A stretch of DNA of 64,000 bases, from positions 41,168,001 to 41,232,000 of the forward strand of contig CM114271.1 of NCBI GenBank assembly GCA_050084515.1, given 5' to 3'. The stretch's first letter is position 1; the number at the start of each line of letters is the position of its first letter. The position numbers and the translations under genes were made by a program. This document shows positions 38,223 through 51,694 of this stretch, in pieces. Source of the DNA: Blasia pusilla. Its lineage: Eukaryota. Under the pieces are notes generated by a model. That model searched no databases. It worked only from the letters and a program-made list of their open reading frames with translations, and was not told the DNA's origin.

Positions 38223-38378
38223 ATGTTGCAGAGGCAAAATATAGCTCGTATGAGAGTGAGTGCTTGGCTGCAGTGTGGGTTGTCGTATATTTTAGGTGTT
38301 ATCTATTCGGCAATCGCTTATCCATCATTATTGGTCATCAGCCACTTAAGTGGTTGATGGAGTCCGACAAGCTTGTAT
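38223..38378 (+). pseudogene. Ty3/gypsy RNase H fragment
   Basis: NVAEAKYSSYESECLAAVWVV.YFRCYLFG......HQPLKWLMESDKL. Confidence 0.88.
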
Positions 38379-38797
38379 GACTTCATTCTAGAGTTTAGGA
38401 GCTGGTAAGACTTAAGCTTGCAGAGGGCTACGAACTCAAGAGATTCAACCCTTTAACAACATGGAACGGGATGTTCCAACACGTAGAGGGGGACAAGTAC
38501 CATGATTTCTCCCATAGGTACGCGGCCGAGATCGAGTCTTAGAGACTCTTTTCATGCGCATGCACATTGTTATCATCAAACATGCACACAAACACACATG
38601 AGACCATAAGTACCAAAATATCTCCAATTAAATCAAGTGATACTCTCAACTACAATATTCCATGGTGCACAAAAATCCCTCTCTCTCTCATGTCAAACCA
38701 AACTTACTCTCCTAAAGAGAGGCTCGAGCCACACACACAAGGCAAAGAGGACCATAACTCCGTCGCCTCTACCAAGAGGTTCAACAAACAGAAAATG

Positions 38798-38799
<2 letters not shown>

Positions 38800-38879
<80 letters not shown>
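38800..38879. repeat. (CT)n microsatellite
   Basis: Perfect dinucleotide run. Confidence 0.99.
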
Positions 38880-38880
<1 letters not shown>

Positions 38881-38882
<2 letters not shown>

Positions 38883-39887
38883 CTTTAATCTTTGTTGTTG
38901 CGGAAGCGTGCGTTCAGTAGGTGACGCTCTCATTGCTAATCTGCATCCAAATACGCACTCTGGTAAGTCGAGTCTTGGATCAATCAGCGGGCTAAGTTTC
39001 TGAGTTCTTGTCTTGGTTGCTCATCAAGCTCAACCTTCCTAGATTCGCGGTTCATAACACATGCAAGTCTCGAAAGACTTGGGACAAACTTTCTGGTCGA
39101 TTCAGGAACCTCAAACATCATTTCATGTCTGGAAGTTCCAACTATCCAATAGACATCCAATGAGTCCCTAACCAAGACTCGTACAAAGTGAATCTCGGGT
39201 CGGAATCCAAGTGTGGCGTACAAAGTCCACTCCCTTGGATCACGTTTGGGTTTCGAGTTCCAACGCCAAACTCCCATTCCATCCCGTGCCTCTGAGACGC
39301 CGTTTTGTGCTCAAAGTGGAGATTCGTGTTCCAAGACATCTTGGAGAGACTCCTCCCTTACTAGTACTTCTGGGGATCTCCGGGGTTCCCTACATTTAGG
39401 GAAAGACACCCGGGCCTCTCCAATTGGCCCTCAACCTGATTGCTCTTATAGTCAGTTTTGGCCAATATCTCAGTCTGTACTTATGCGTTTGCTGAGATCT
39501 TTAGTGCGTTGGAAGCGTCTCAACATAAGCTTTCCAACGCGACCTTATTTTTCCCAAATTCATCTTGGAGCTAAATATTATGGTCCAAAACACAGTCAAA
39601 TTCTGCAAACGCTAGTCGTGAGTCAAAACTAGTTCTCATCTCCTTGGCAACCAATCTTCCAAGACTCAACTCATCTCAAGTCTTGGCTTGCATTTGGTCT
39701 AGATTTCTTGGTCACGACCACTAATGCATGAAACGCACAACTCTGTTCCGCGTTTCGTCTCTTGGACTTTTCCAAGAGACCTTTCCAAAAGCCTCTCCAA
39801 ATCGCGATCATCGCAGCGTGAGTCCACTTGAGTTTGATGTTTCGCTTGGCGCCTATTTGGTGTTGTTTGGTTACGAGGGTCGCAACA
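38881..39887 (-). mobile_element. Family E (chromovirus) solo LTR
   Basis: Reverse complement homolog of 43440-44433. Starts TGTTGCGACCCTC at 39887; the other end merges into (CT)n. Confidence 0.8.
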
Positions 39888-40043
<156 letters not shown>

Positions 40044-40059
40044 CCTCCACGGAAACCTA

Positions 40060-40308
40060 TGTTTTCAGGTCATCTCCTTGACTCTTGAGCTGTTGTAGGA
40101 AGTGGAAAGTCTACTATGCTCAAAATGGTAACTTGCCAAAAATAGTAAGTTCTCAATATGGATCCAAATGAGCCAAAATGAAGGGGAAACCTACTCTCTC
40201 ATGTTACATGTGGCCTCAGAAGGTCATCCTCAACCTCTTGAGGCTGTCCTCTTGTATACTCGAAGATACCCTACTAGATCTCATCGATCTACCCTAAAAG
40301 ACGTGACA
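40060..40308 (-). mobile_element. Family D LTR 5' part (continues left of 38800)
   Basis: Starts TGTCACGTCTTTTAGGGTAGATCG. Homologous to 28148-27880. Confidence 0.75.
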
Positions 40309-40579
40309 TTCTATTATGACCAACATTACTTGTCATAGACTGAAGCATTTCTAGATAAGAAGGAGAAACTAGGGAAGGCTACTTCCTCTTCCACTAGTGA
40401 AAGTTAAGGAGGGGTGAGTCGGATTGGGGCAATTGTTTCCTTGAGTCGGTTTTGTCCTAGGTTCAACCTCATGGTTGAGTTCTTTGCGGAGTTGCGTAGG
40501 AACTCCACAAAGAACTCCAAGGAGGTATGGACTCAGAAGTTGTGAAGCATCCACGACTTCCATAAGCACACAAGGAAGA

Positions 40580-41105
40580 GTTTGCGGAGTTATTTACTTT
40601 TTTTCGTCATTTGATTAGTATTACTCAAGGGGTGATAGAGGCCTAGACTGTTCAAACATGGTATAGTATTCTTAAACAAGTCGTGCAGAAACGGTTGAGG
40701 GATGTTGTACTCCTCATATGTATCTCATCTACCTCGTGAGATATTTTGGGATGGCAGAGTGCATTGAGCGCAACATGGCTAAGGAGAGTGTAGCAACCAT
40801 GAGTCATACGTGAGAGCGATTACGATTTCCTGCACCACTAGTGCAACAACATGGATTTTGAGAGAGAAGTGTGCCACCGCGAGTTCAAGGAGGTTATCGT
40901 GAGCATGTGCCATAGCAAACCGTGCCATCACATGCAGATAAGCAGCAGGTGCCATGAGTTATTTGTTGGGCATGTGGTGGAGTCCATTGTCAGCAAGATT
41001 ACATTCGTTAGGATAGTGGACTTGTTCCCCATTCTGAGGAAGTAGATGGACCGGCACCAAGAGTATACTAGTGTGACCATAACCAATGGTGTGGTCCTAC
41101 ACGCG
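40580..41105 (+). pseudogene. Family B/D gag remnant
   Basis: Homologous to 35160-35680 (actcaaggggtga..gaggc; attgagcgcaacatggc). Confidence 0.7.
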
Positions 41106-41495
41106 CTAATCCATAATAATCGCTAGAATAGTGCCAATGAAAATCTCCTTCTTTTTCACAATCTAGAATATGTATGCCTTCTATCGCGCCCCTACTCTCC
41201 TTGAACGTCAATCTTTATTGTTGCGGAAGCGTACGTTCAGTAGGACACCATCTCATCACCGATCTGCACCCAAACACGCACTCTCGTTAGTCGGGTCTGG
41301 GTCAACCATTGTTCCAACCCACCGAGTTCTCAACTCGGTGTCTCATCAAGCTCAACCTTCCTTACTTCCTAGTTTCCAAAACATGGCAAGTCCTTCAAGA
41401 CTTGGAACAAACTTCATGATTAGTCCAAGAACCTAAAATGGCACTTGAGCGCCTAGCGATCCCAACTGTTCAATGGACCTCGTGTGAGTTCTAAA

Positions 41496-42748
41496 CCAAT
41501 GTCCGGGGAGAACAGGGGGTTACAAGCGTCGAAGCGGTTCTTCTGGCCCAACATGAAAGAGGATGTTGCTCAATATGTGAAGACCCGTGTGACCTGCCAA
41601 GCCAATAGAGTCTCTTATGATAAGAAACAGGGCTTGTTGCATCCCTTGCCGATCCCAGAAGGACCTCTTGCAAAGTGTGAGTATGGATTTCATCACGAGT
41701 CTTCCGGAATCTGAGGGATACAACGCTATACTTGTGATTGTTGATCGGTTTAGCAAGTTGGCGAGATTCGTGCCGACGGTGGATTCCGCAACGGCTTATA
41801 CGACGGCGCAACTATTCCTCGATAGCTGGTGGCGTGCTCATGGTTTGCCGAGGAGCATTGTTTCAGATCGGGATCCAAAGTTTATCAATGCTTTCTGGAA
41901 GCACTTGTTCAGAAGGTTTAAGACCAAGCTGAGTTTCAGTACGGCTTTCCACCCACAGACGGATGGACAGACTGAAAAGGTAAACTCTATCGTGAATCAG
42001 TACTTAAGGAATTATGTGGTCTTTGATCAACGCGATTGGGTCAAGTGGTTGAGCATGGCGAGTATGCTACAACTCGACCAAGCATTGCATTTCGGGAGAA
42101 TCTCCGTTTCTCTGGCAAATGGACGAGCCGAAGGGCCTCTTGATCTAGCCCTTTGGAAGGGTTCTACATTGGCACGAACACGACAAGCGGCGAAGGTTTG
42201 TTGGTAGAGATGCGAGAACAACAAGCGAGGCGAAGTCTTGCAAAGGCTCAAATGAGGTACGTTAAGCATGCTAACAAGAGTCGGCGCCAAGTATGATTCC
42301 AAGTTGGAGAACAAGTGTGGTTGAGTGTAAAGAACCTCATTCTTCCGAAAGAGTTGTCTGCGAAGGCATTTATCGCCCCGCCAAGTATCTTTGGACTGTC
42401 GTGATTGTGGCAAACCCGTTTGAGGATGTGTATACGTTGAGGCTGCCAAACGAGTTCAAGATTCACCCGACCTTTCATGTGTCATTGTTGAAGAAATATC
42501 TTCAAGATAATGGACGTTTCGCGCGGAGACAGGTGGTGAGACCGCACCCGGTCATCATAAATGAAGAGCCGGAGTTTGAGGTGGAGACCATCTTACGTTC
42601 GAGGCGTCGGGCCAACAAGTATGAATACTTGGTAAAATGGAAGGGCTACCATGTGAAGGAGGTGACTTGGATTGTGGAGGCGGATTTGGAACACGCGCAA
42701 GACTTGTTGCGCGACTTCAAGCGAACACAAGCGAAGCACATACGTTAG
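41496..42748 (+). pseudogene. Ty3/gypsy integrase with C-terminal chromodomain (chromovirus)
   Basis: FFWPNMKEDVAQYVK..VTCQ; SVSMDFITSLP...VIVDRFSK...PRSIVSDRDPKF...STAFHPQTDGQTE; IHPTFHVSLLK; EFEVETILRSRRR...EYLVKWKGY....TW. Confidence 0.93.
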
Positions 42749-43439
42749 TACGAGGAGAAGCTAGAGACATGACTTGTAACCATTGGAATCTTGGGCCGAA
42801 GGCCGTTGTAACTAGAATATGCTAGTGTTGCAATAAAGGAGTGTATGGATGTGGAGATTCGATGCCAGAGTTGATTGCAATTTGTATGTGGTAGTGCATG
42901 GCTATGAGTCGTTCATCATAGGCTTAGGATGTACGACAAGAGGACAGACAAGGAGTATTTGAGGTGAGAGCTCATATGTGGATAAGCACCTAGAATTGGA
43001 CCTTGTGTTGGATTACACTCGGGCTCACCCTAGCGTCGGCGAGGCAGATGAAGTCTGTCTTGGGGCTTGGGGTGATCTTACTTGTGGCCACATAAGTGAA
43101 CTTAGTGACGCGCCTAAGTCGAATACGAGACCGACCCAATAGTAGTACGATTTGTGGACCACGTAAATAGGTGTGATGTTTACAGGAATGAGTCAGAAGA
43201 GTCTAAGGTTGCACACTTAGTTAGCTTATTTGATAGGTTAGTTCCTTGGAACTAGTCCAGGCTTATCAAAGAGGAGAGGCTAATAATTCTAAGTGGGGCA
43301 AAGCTACAACTAGTGACTAAGAGGAATTGCGGGTTAGTCACCAGAACGCAATTCAATGTCAAGGGGTAGGCTGCCCAAGAGACTTGACATAACAAAGGTT
43401 TGCGTTGATGAGGGCATCAACCTCTAAAAGAGGGGTGAG

Positions 43440-44433
43440 TGCCGCGACCCTCATGACCAAACAAGTGCCAAGCGGAACATCGGAACATTAGCGGGCTCAC
43501 GCTAAGATGGTTTGCGCGTTGGAGTTGTCTCAAAGACGAGACAAGAGACGAGACGCGAGCGAGGAGTTGCGTTTCAGATGTTATGGTCGCGACGGAGAAA
43601 CCTGGACCAAACGCGGAATGAGACTTGAAAGAAGTCGAGTCTAGGAAGTGGGTTGTCAAAGGAAAGATCCGGATTTGGAACGCCACTAGCGTTTGAGAGT
43701 TTTCGATTGTATTTATGGCCATAACTTTTAGCGCCCAGATGCGTTTGGAACAAATAAGGGTGCGTTGGAAAGCTTATGGAGAGTCGGTCCAAAAGCACCA
43801 AAGATCACTGCAAACGCATAAGCAACAGCCGAGATACAACCCGAAAACGACTGTAAGTGGAGTCGGATCGAGGGCCACAATGAAGGGCCCGACCCTCTTT
43901 TCCCAAAGGGGAGGGGTTGTTGGAGAGCCCCAGAAGTACTAGTAAGGGGGAAGGTCTCCGAGAGTGCTTGGAACCCAAACCCCACTTTGGGCGCCACGAG
44001 GCGGCTCAAGGGCATGGAACGGAACGCGAGTTTGGGGGTTGGGTTGGAAAACCTACACCAAGTCCATTGAGGCGATTTTAGACATCCCTCTTGGATTCCA
44101 CCCCGCGACTCAATTACTTGGGTCTTGGTTCGGAACTCACCCAAGGACCGTTGAACAGTTGGGATCGCTAGGGGATCGTTTAGATCCCTGGACTAACCAG
44201 GAAGTCTGTTCCAAGTCTTGAAGGACTTGCCATGTTTTGGAAACTAGGAACTAAGGAAGGTGAGCTTGATGAGACGCCGAGTTGAGGACTCGGTGGGTTG
44301 GACCACTGGTTGGCCTAGACCCGACTAACGAGAGTGCGTGTTTGGGTGCAGATCAGCGATGAGTTCATGACCTACTGAACGTACGCTTTCGCACCACTAA
44401 AGATTGACGTTCAAGGAGAGTAGGGGCGCGACA
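43440..44433 (+). mobile_element. Family E 3' LTR (~1 kb), preceded by PPT
   Basis: PPT aaaagaggggtgag at 43426-43439; TGCCGCGACC...GGGGCGCGACA. Confidence 0.88.
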
Positions 44434-46601
44434 CCCGTGGTGCCCAAAGTGGGGTTCGAGTTCCAAGCACTCTTGGAGACCTTCCCCCTTACTAGTACTT
44501 CTGGGGTTCTACAAACCCCCCCCCCTCCCCTTTTTGGAAAAGGAGGGTCGAGCCCTTTATTGTGGCCCTCAACCCAACTCTACTTACAGTCGTTTCCGGG
44601 TTGTTTCTCAGCCGCTACTTATGCATTTGCAGAAATCTTTAGTGTGTTTGAACCGTCTTTCCATAAGTCTTCCATCGCACCCTTGTTCGATCCAAACGCA
44701 TCTTGGCACTAAAAGTTATGGCCATAAATACAGTCGGAAACTCTCAAACGCTAGTGGCGTCCCAAATTCGGATTCTTCTTTTGGCAACCCACTTTCTAGA
44801 CTCAACTCCTTTCAAGTCTTGTTCCGCGTTTGGTCTAGGTTTCTTAGTCGTGACAACAACATCTGAAACATGAAGCCTCGCTTGGGTCCCGTCTCTTATC
44901 TCTTCTTCGAGACCACTCCAACGCGCAATCCATCTTAGCGTGAGCCCGCTAATGTTCCGATGTTCCGCTTTGGCACTCATTTGCTCATGAGGGTCGCGAC
45001 ACCTTCCTTGTTGTTCCAAATAAGATCACTAAATAATGTGCTATGTGTAAAATGCTCTCTATGAAATGCTCTCCCTAATTTGTTCCGTACGAAATGCTCT
45101 CTGGTTTGCTTTAGACCTAAACCCGTGAGTTGCAAGCCTGCAAAAAAAGCATCAAAATAAGATCAAACGAAGCCGCTCTGCTACCAAGCGGAGCCGCACA
45201 CGTTTGTGCAGCTTCGTCGCCGTCGAGGAACCGTCCCAGCTAAGGCTGGAGCCGGAGAAGAGCGATTCCATGTGAACAGCCCTTCTAAGAAAAAAATAAT
45301 CAGAACCTAATTAAAATCTTAAGAAGTTCCTATTAGATCTTTGTGCACAAACGAACTTAAAATAATTAAGTTAAGTCACATGTCACACCCAGAATTATTA
45401 GGTTAGATTCATCAAATTAAGTATTTACATTCAAAATTGTTATAATAATGACATCAAAACGAATTTCACATTCATCGTAAGGTGGAGTAGTTCCCAAATC
45501 CGAGGTTTTGAGAAGTCGACTACTAATATGCGCCGTAACATAGAAACTCTAGTATCTTTTCACCTTTATGACGTGAAGGATAGCCCACGGATTTTCCACA
45601 CTGCCCTAAACTCCGATAGAGTGTTTTCGTAATTCCATTCTGCTCCGGAGCGTAAGTTTCCTGCAAGTCGTTCGACGTCCGTCTGGAAACCTTAATGCTT
45701 CACAGATGGTGTCACCTGTGAACCGAATATTGGCAGTTTTACTTCTCAACTACCGAACGTTACGGGAACGGGGTAAGTGGGAAGATCACGGACACCGCGT
45801 AGGACGGAGAACGAGGGGTTCAGCTACTACGTGACAGATGATGACGATTGACGTTAATTCGGCGCTTGAAGTATTGGAGCTTTGGAGTTGGAGATGATCT
45901 GAATCGTGCGCACCGTCTATTCGAAATCGACCCATGACGTTATCATCGTCACTTTTGCGGTTCGGATTGCTTAGCGTACGCTGCAATTATTAGGCAGCTT
46001 TACATGACCCCATTGGAGGTGGTAAGGGCTATAACGACAGCCACACATGACGTGAGCTTGTACGCTCGTTCAGACATTTCGGAGAGCAATGTTCAAAATC
46101 TCGAGTGCACCGACAACCAGAAGCGTCAGTACGGACCGGAATTACATAAGACGACCAGACATAAAAAGGGAAATCTACACATGTACTTCAGAAATCTTAT
46201 TAATTCAGTTTAAGATTAGTGGCGATATATGATACAAATTCAATCACCAAAATCATCATGGAAGCGGTTCTTTACGCTGCCAGATCTTTCTCTCGGTGTT
46301 TGAGCAACGGGTCTATCTGGAAATTATATATCTCGACACTCTAAGCAGTCGCAAACATGATTTTCCTTAGTCATCCTCGTCACTAAATTTACCACCGTTC
46401 CAAGCACGTTCACAGTGACCTCGAAGGATTTAAGGTTAAAGTAACTGGACGTACAACCTCGCCCTACCGATTTCGAACGCTGGAGAACTTAGTTTTCTTC
46501 GGGAGAGTACGAAACGATCAATTCACAAACTGGAGAACTTGTGCGCAAGAGATAATGTTGTCGATAAAACATCCCCCAGTCTGCACTGGAATAATTATAT
46601 A

Positions 46602-48396
46602 TCACAACCTGGATGTGGTGTTGGGGACTTGAGCCATCCTCTCTTGCTCGGTCTGCACATGTGCACGTGTGATCTCGCTCACTTTGGTAGTGCCGGCCAA
46701 GGCCATGGCCAACTCAAACTCATCCTTCAACATCTGCAATACTTTCTTCACTCCCGCCTCTCCATCGCTTGCGAGGCCCCAGAGGACGGGTCTTCCAACC
46801 TGCACGCCGAAAGAGCAACATGTGACATGTTTCGAGAGACAATATTTGAAAGAGGTGACTAACGATTTCAAATTTCACTATTCTAATAATCGTGACAAAT
46901 TCTAATCAGATACTTACGAAAACCCCTGAGGCGCCGAGAGCGATTGCCTTCAAGACATCGGTTCCACGGCGCACACCACCATCAAGGAATACAGGAACTT
47001 TCCCTTGCGCTGCCTTGACAACTTCCTCCAGCGCAGAGATGGTGGCTGGCACATAGTCAAGCTGCCGTGCGCCGTGGTTGGAAACAATGATACCAGCAGC
47101 ACCGCATTGCAGTGCTAACTTTGTGTCTTCTGCGGTAATCACTCCCTTGACCAAGATAGGAAGCCTGGTGATTGTCTGCAGCCACTTAACATCCTTCCAG
47201 CTCAGGGACTTGTCAATTTGCCCAGCAACATACGATGCCAGTCCAGAGTCCTGAGTCTTCTCCATCTTCCCGAGGTCGAGTCCCTCAAAGTTCTTCAAGG
47301 TCAAGTGTGGGGGAAGGGCAAATCTATTCTTGATATCTGCCTCACGACGACCGAGTAACGGAGTGTCGACCGTGAGAGCAATTGCCTTGAATCCTGCCCT
47401 CTCTGCGCGGCGTACAAGCTGTGCCACTACATTGCGGTCCTTGTAGACGTACAGTTGGAAGAATCGAATGCCTGGACCAGTGCTAGCAACCTCCTCCACA
47501 CTGCTGGTGGCCCAAGATGAGAGAGTCTGTAGAGTACAAACACTAGTGCATAAGCAACAAGACTCAAGGCATGAAAAAAAACCACATATTCTCTGCAATC
47601 AGTCCTGACAGTTTCCATCCTGTGCCCTGGACAGTGCAATTACACGCACTCAGTAGAGCTTGAGACAGTGACTCACCATGATTGTGTCGTGGGATGACAC
47701 AGCTCGGGCTGTGGCGAGTTCCCCTGCAATCAGAATAATCTCATGGTATTAAAAACCTTGTCCTAGCATGCCATGCAGAGAAAATTGCTATACAGAGAAG
47801 CATGGCCGGAGAGTTTCACCATGACACTAGAATCGAAAGTCCAGGGCGGAGGAGGATGGATCTGATGACTGAAAAAACACCTAAGACCTCCTTTTTAGTT
47901 CGAACATGACTCAACGACGAAGAAGCACATTTGAACTCACCCTCAGGATGTGCCATTCTCTGCATGGCTGTTGGAGCAACCATGATAGGGGTGGAGATTT
48001 TGAAGCCTAGTACAGTTGTCGAAGTATCGACATTCGTGACATCAATGAGAATGCGTGGACGGAACCTGTGAACCAGAAATATCACTTCAGCTCACCGCGT
48101 CGAAGTAAATCTAGAACGAGGAAAAATATAAGTGCTCATCCCTCAACAATTCAAGTGCACTTTGGAAGGCAAGAAACAAGCCTCTACTTCTCTATATTGC
48201 TAACGAAAGGAAACCAACAAACAGCTGCAACACAGTCTTCCAAGAGGTTGGACCTGATTCGTTCAAAAGCGTGTCGGTTCTCCTTCAGCGTCCACTGATC
48301 TTCCGCACCAGAGGCGTAGTAGTCGTACACCATCTTTGGGAGTTTCTGCTTTGCCACCTCTTCATATTCAGAAACATTAGTCACGAGGAGACTCAT
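46602..48396 (-). CDS. GOX: Peroxisomal glycolate oxidase ((S)-2-hydroxy-acid oxidase)
   Basis: Exons 48396-48254, 48065-47941, 47723-47677, 47526-46918, 46799-46602, all GT-AG and in phase. Motifs [45 protein letters not shown]-terminal PTS1 -SRL. Confidence 0.97.
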
Positions 48397-49260
48397 GGTG
48401 AATGCTGGTGCTTCTGTCAAAGAGGTCAATCGCCCAGAAGGAATTTCGGTCACGAAAAATGTCGGAAAATCAGTTCATTAAAGATTCCGATTTGATCTTT
48501 CCAATCTGCCTAAGTTCACGAATAGAGTGAAACGTGACGCAGCGTTGTAAGACTTCTCCGTACTCTGCGACATCAGCCAACCAACGATTGTCAACAGCGC
48601 TTTCTTTGCAATTCAGGATCAAGTTCAAAATCAGCAAAAGACTTGGAAACATCGACCGAAGCGAATTCTGTTACAGGTTGCGGCGTTCTCTTCACAGCGC
48701 CAGGTGGACGTAATTCTCTACACAATAACATCCACAGCAGGACTCCGTCGTCACAATCAAAAGCAGACTTGCACCGGGGGGCGCGAATTGCACAAGGATC
48801 TTACATTCCGCAGAAGATCTCACGCCTCCAGACGCGCTGCCATCGGAATCCCTCCACACGCCGAGTCAGGAAATACGAGAAGAGGCATGGATCATTTCAG
48901 AAGAAGAAGGAGAGCGACCGCACATTTCGCGAGTGTGCGAGACTCCGAGATGGACGGATCCAGTAGATAATTATCCTCTTCGACATCCGGTAAAAACACC
49001 ACCTGCGGAAAGATAAATGCCTTGAGGTCCTCTTTCACGTTAATGCTCATGAGATCCGAGCCCTTGAGATAGTAGATCTAACGGACTCTCAATGCCCTCC
49101 GCACTTCTCCGGTGATAGGATCGTAGCGGTCACGCTCTTACACCCGGGTCGTTCAAAACATTACCGACGGATCACCTTTTTGTCCAAAGGATCCTTCCTA
49201 AAAGAGGGCAGATGGAATGTTGAATGGAGGCGATGGTTGTGAGCCGCGCTGAGATCAGAA

Positions 49261-49311
49261 GATAAGGTGCGAGCGCGTACGGTGAACTCGTGAGATACAT
49301 GCACACGTGGC
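49261..49311. promoter_or_regulatory. I-box (GATAAGG) + G-box (ACACGTGGC) upstream of GOX
   Basis: GATAAGG at 49261 and ACACGTGGC at 49303, a pairing typical of light-regulated rbcS-type promoters. Probable 5' UTR intron 48414-48804. Confidence 0.45.
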
Positions 49312-51471
49312 GATGAAAAGGATCGGCGAGAAGATCCCAGTCGTCCGTCGCCCGGACGATGGGCTCTGACACACTGCCACAAATATAAGTGGAATCGAGA
49401 TACAGAGGGGCCGTCCAGGCGGGCCGTAGAATGCAGGTTCAATGGCTTTCAGGATGCCATACAAAGTTTGTGTGGAGCCAAGCGATTGGGCGACTCTCTG
49501 CCCCTGCCCACCACTAACCCTCTTTCTCTCCTCTCCGAGTGAGTGCTCGTTGTATGGCCCAGCTCTCCATAGCTCCGGCCGCTCCTTTTAGGATACGATC
49601 AATGGATGGCTCCGCTTATGGTCGTCGAGTTATCCTCTTTCTTCTTCGTTCAAATGGCGGATTTGGGATGGGTGATTGCGAATCTAGTAGTGACCACCAC
49701 CACATTCTCGCATTCGTTTGATATATTTAGAGGATGAATATTCACCAAATGCACCCGATAAATTTCATGCACAACTTTTCTATATATTTTTAATACTTAC
49801 GACCTCTACAAGTGATGTGTGTTATAAATGTTGGCCGGTAGTGGCTCCACATCGTTGCTTTAGGCTCTCGATGCAAAATGCATCGAGAGTCAAAAGCATG
49901 CATAAGCTCACAAACGTATCTACGTGTCATTTGGTGGGCGGGCATTTTCACTACTAACTATCTTCCACAAGTGCGCGTCCTAAGAGAAAGACGTGGCTAG
50001 GCTCTTTGATGCCGCGAGTCGCCATCCCGACCCTCACAATTGCTCATACCTAGTGCTCCTCGTAACATCGCGCATGGAGACTAACCTCGATTGGCTACCT
50101 TCGTTCTTGCTATGGCAGATTGTGGAGTACTTATTTACGCCCAGCCTGCAAAGTTGTTTTGTTTGGTGTTCATCGGGGCATCTCCGTTCTTTCCCATGCG
50201 CCCTCCTTCATTTTTGGGTTTGATCCTTCTTGCCCTCTCTCTTTATTTCTTCTACCATTTCAATGGATCAGCTCCGTTGGTGCGACCTAGCTATTCCGCC
50301 TTTTGCATTGGGTTGTCTTCGTGTCCACTGAACGACCTGACTGGATTGATGTGCATGTGGATCAACTCTAGCTCTACTTTGGTGTATATGTTGGCTTTTG
50401 TTTGAAATCTACACTAGCGGGCTAGCTATTGTGGAACGCTCACTTGACGAGGGCTCGAGTCTTCTTTCACTTGGACTAATGTGTGTTGATTATTTATCAT
50501 TACTTCTTGTTGCTCATTTGCAAGAGCTCGACGGTTGGTTATACGCGTTGCTCTTTGAATCACTTTTGATAAATTAAGAGAAATCCGTTGCCCTTCCATT
50601 AGCACATGTTCTTGCAGCTTATGGATTCACTCCGCCTTGTGCACAGTTCGTGCGGTGTTAACGTCATCGATTCCTACTGCAAATGGTCGGTGCTAAACAA
50701 ATTTGACCCCTTTATCATTCCCTCATCTTTGGCCTCAAAGGCTCGTTGCGGGCCTTTGAGTCCGCCTGCTGGCTAGAGCGCAAGCTCGTTGCGGGCCTTG
50801 GAGCCCGCGTGCAAGCTAGGGAGCGGGCCACTAAACCCATGCCCGGGCTAGTTGCGGGCTAGTTGTGGGTCCTAAAGCCCACACGCGGGCTTGTTGCGGG
50901 CTTTGGAGCCCGCAACAAGCCCGCGCACTTCATGCAGGTCTTGGCGCCTACCCGCGGGCTAGTTGCAGGCTAGGACGTGGGCCTCAAAGCCCGCGCGCGG
51001 GCTGTGCGCGGGCCTTGGAGCCTACGTGCGGGTCGCGGGTTGTGGACGGGACCTTTGATTTTAGTGGGGTATTAAATGAATTTATCTAGGGGTTGGAAGA
51101 TGGACGGCTTGAGAGGTTAGAGTAGGGTGGTTGTAGGAGAGGATAGGTTAGTTAGAAATGAAAGTAATTGAAGAATTTTTGATAGTAGTGGTGGAGAAAG
51201 GAAGGAATATATTAAAGTAGATTTGAATAGGGTGGTTATATTGCAAAATAGGTCTATTCCAAATTTAGAGTAAGTCAAGAAGTTACGATAGGTCAAGAAG
51301 GAATCTAATAGGAGAATAAAAATAGGTTTCTTCAATGAAAATTAGTGGAGATGGTTTAGTAATCAATTGTAAGTGGGGGTAGATGATTTGGGGAGTTAGA
51401 AGGGTTCGTTCTCTTCCTTCCATCCTTCCCTATATAAACTTGCTCATTTTTTGTATACCCTCACAATGTCA

Positions 51472-51585
<114 letters not shown>

Positions 51586-51694
51586 TGCCCTCTTCATGTT
51601 TTCTTTTATGGTCATTCCTCCTCCCGCTACAACCATATATCGACCGGTCCTCTGCATGCTAGATCTATGTTGCCACAATACCTCTTCAGATCTT

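Larger units (their letters stand above)
41182..45001. mobile_element. Family E chromovirus nest: split minus-strand LTR (41182-41495 + 44434-45001, TSD CCTTC) enclosing a plus-strand 3' half element
   Basis: CCTTC at 41177-41181 and 45002-45006. LTR termini TGTCGCG...CGCGACA. Confidence 0.85.

Noticed and set aside
48184-48453. N-terminal extension MTEIPSGRL... on GOX
   Set aside because: It starts at a non-ATG codon upstream of a good acceptor at 48414. The ATG at 48396 matches the homolog start.
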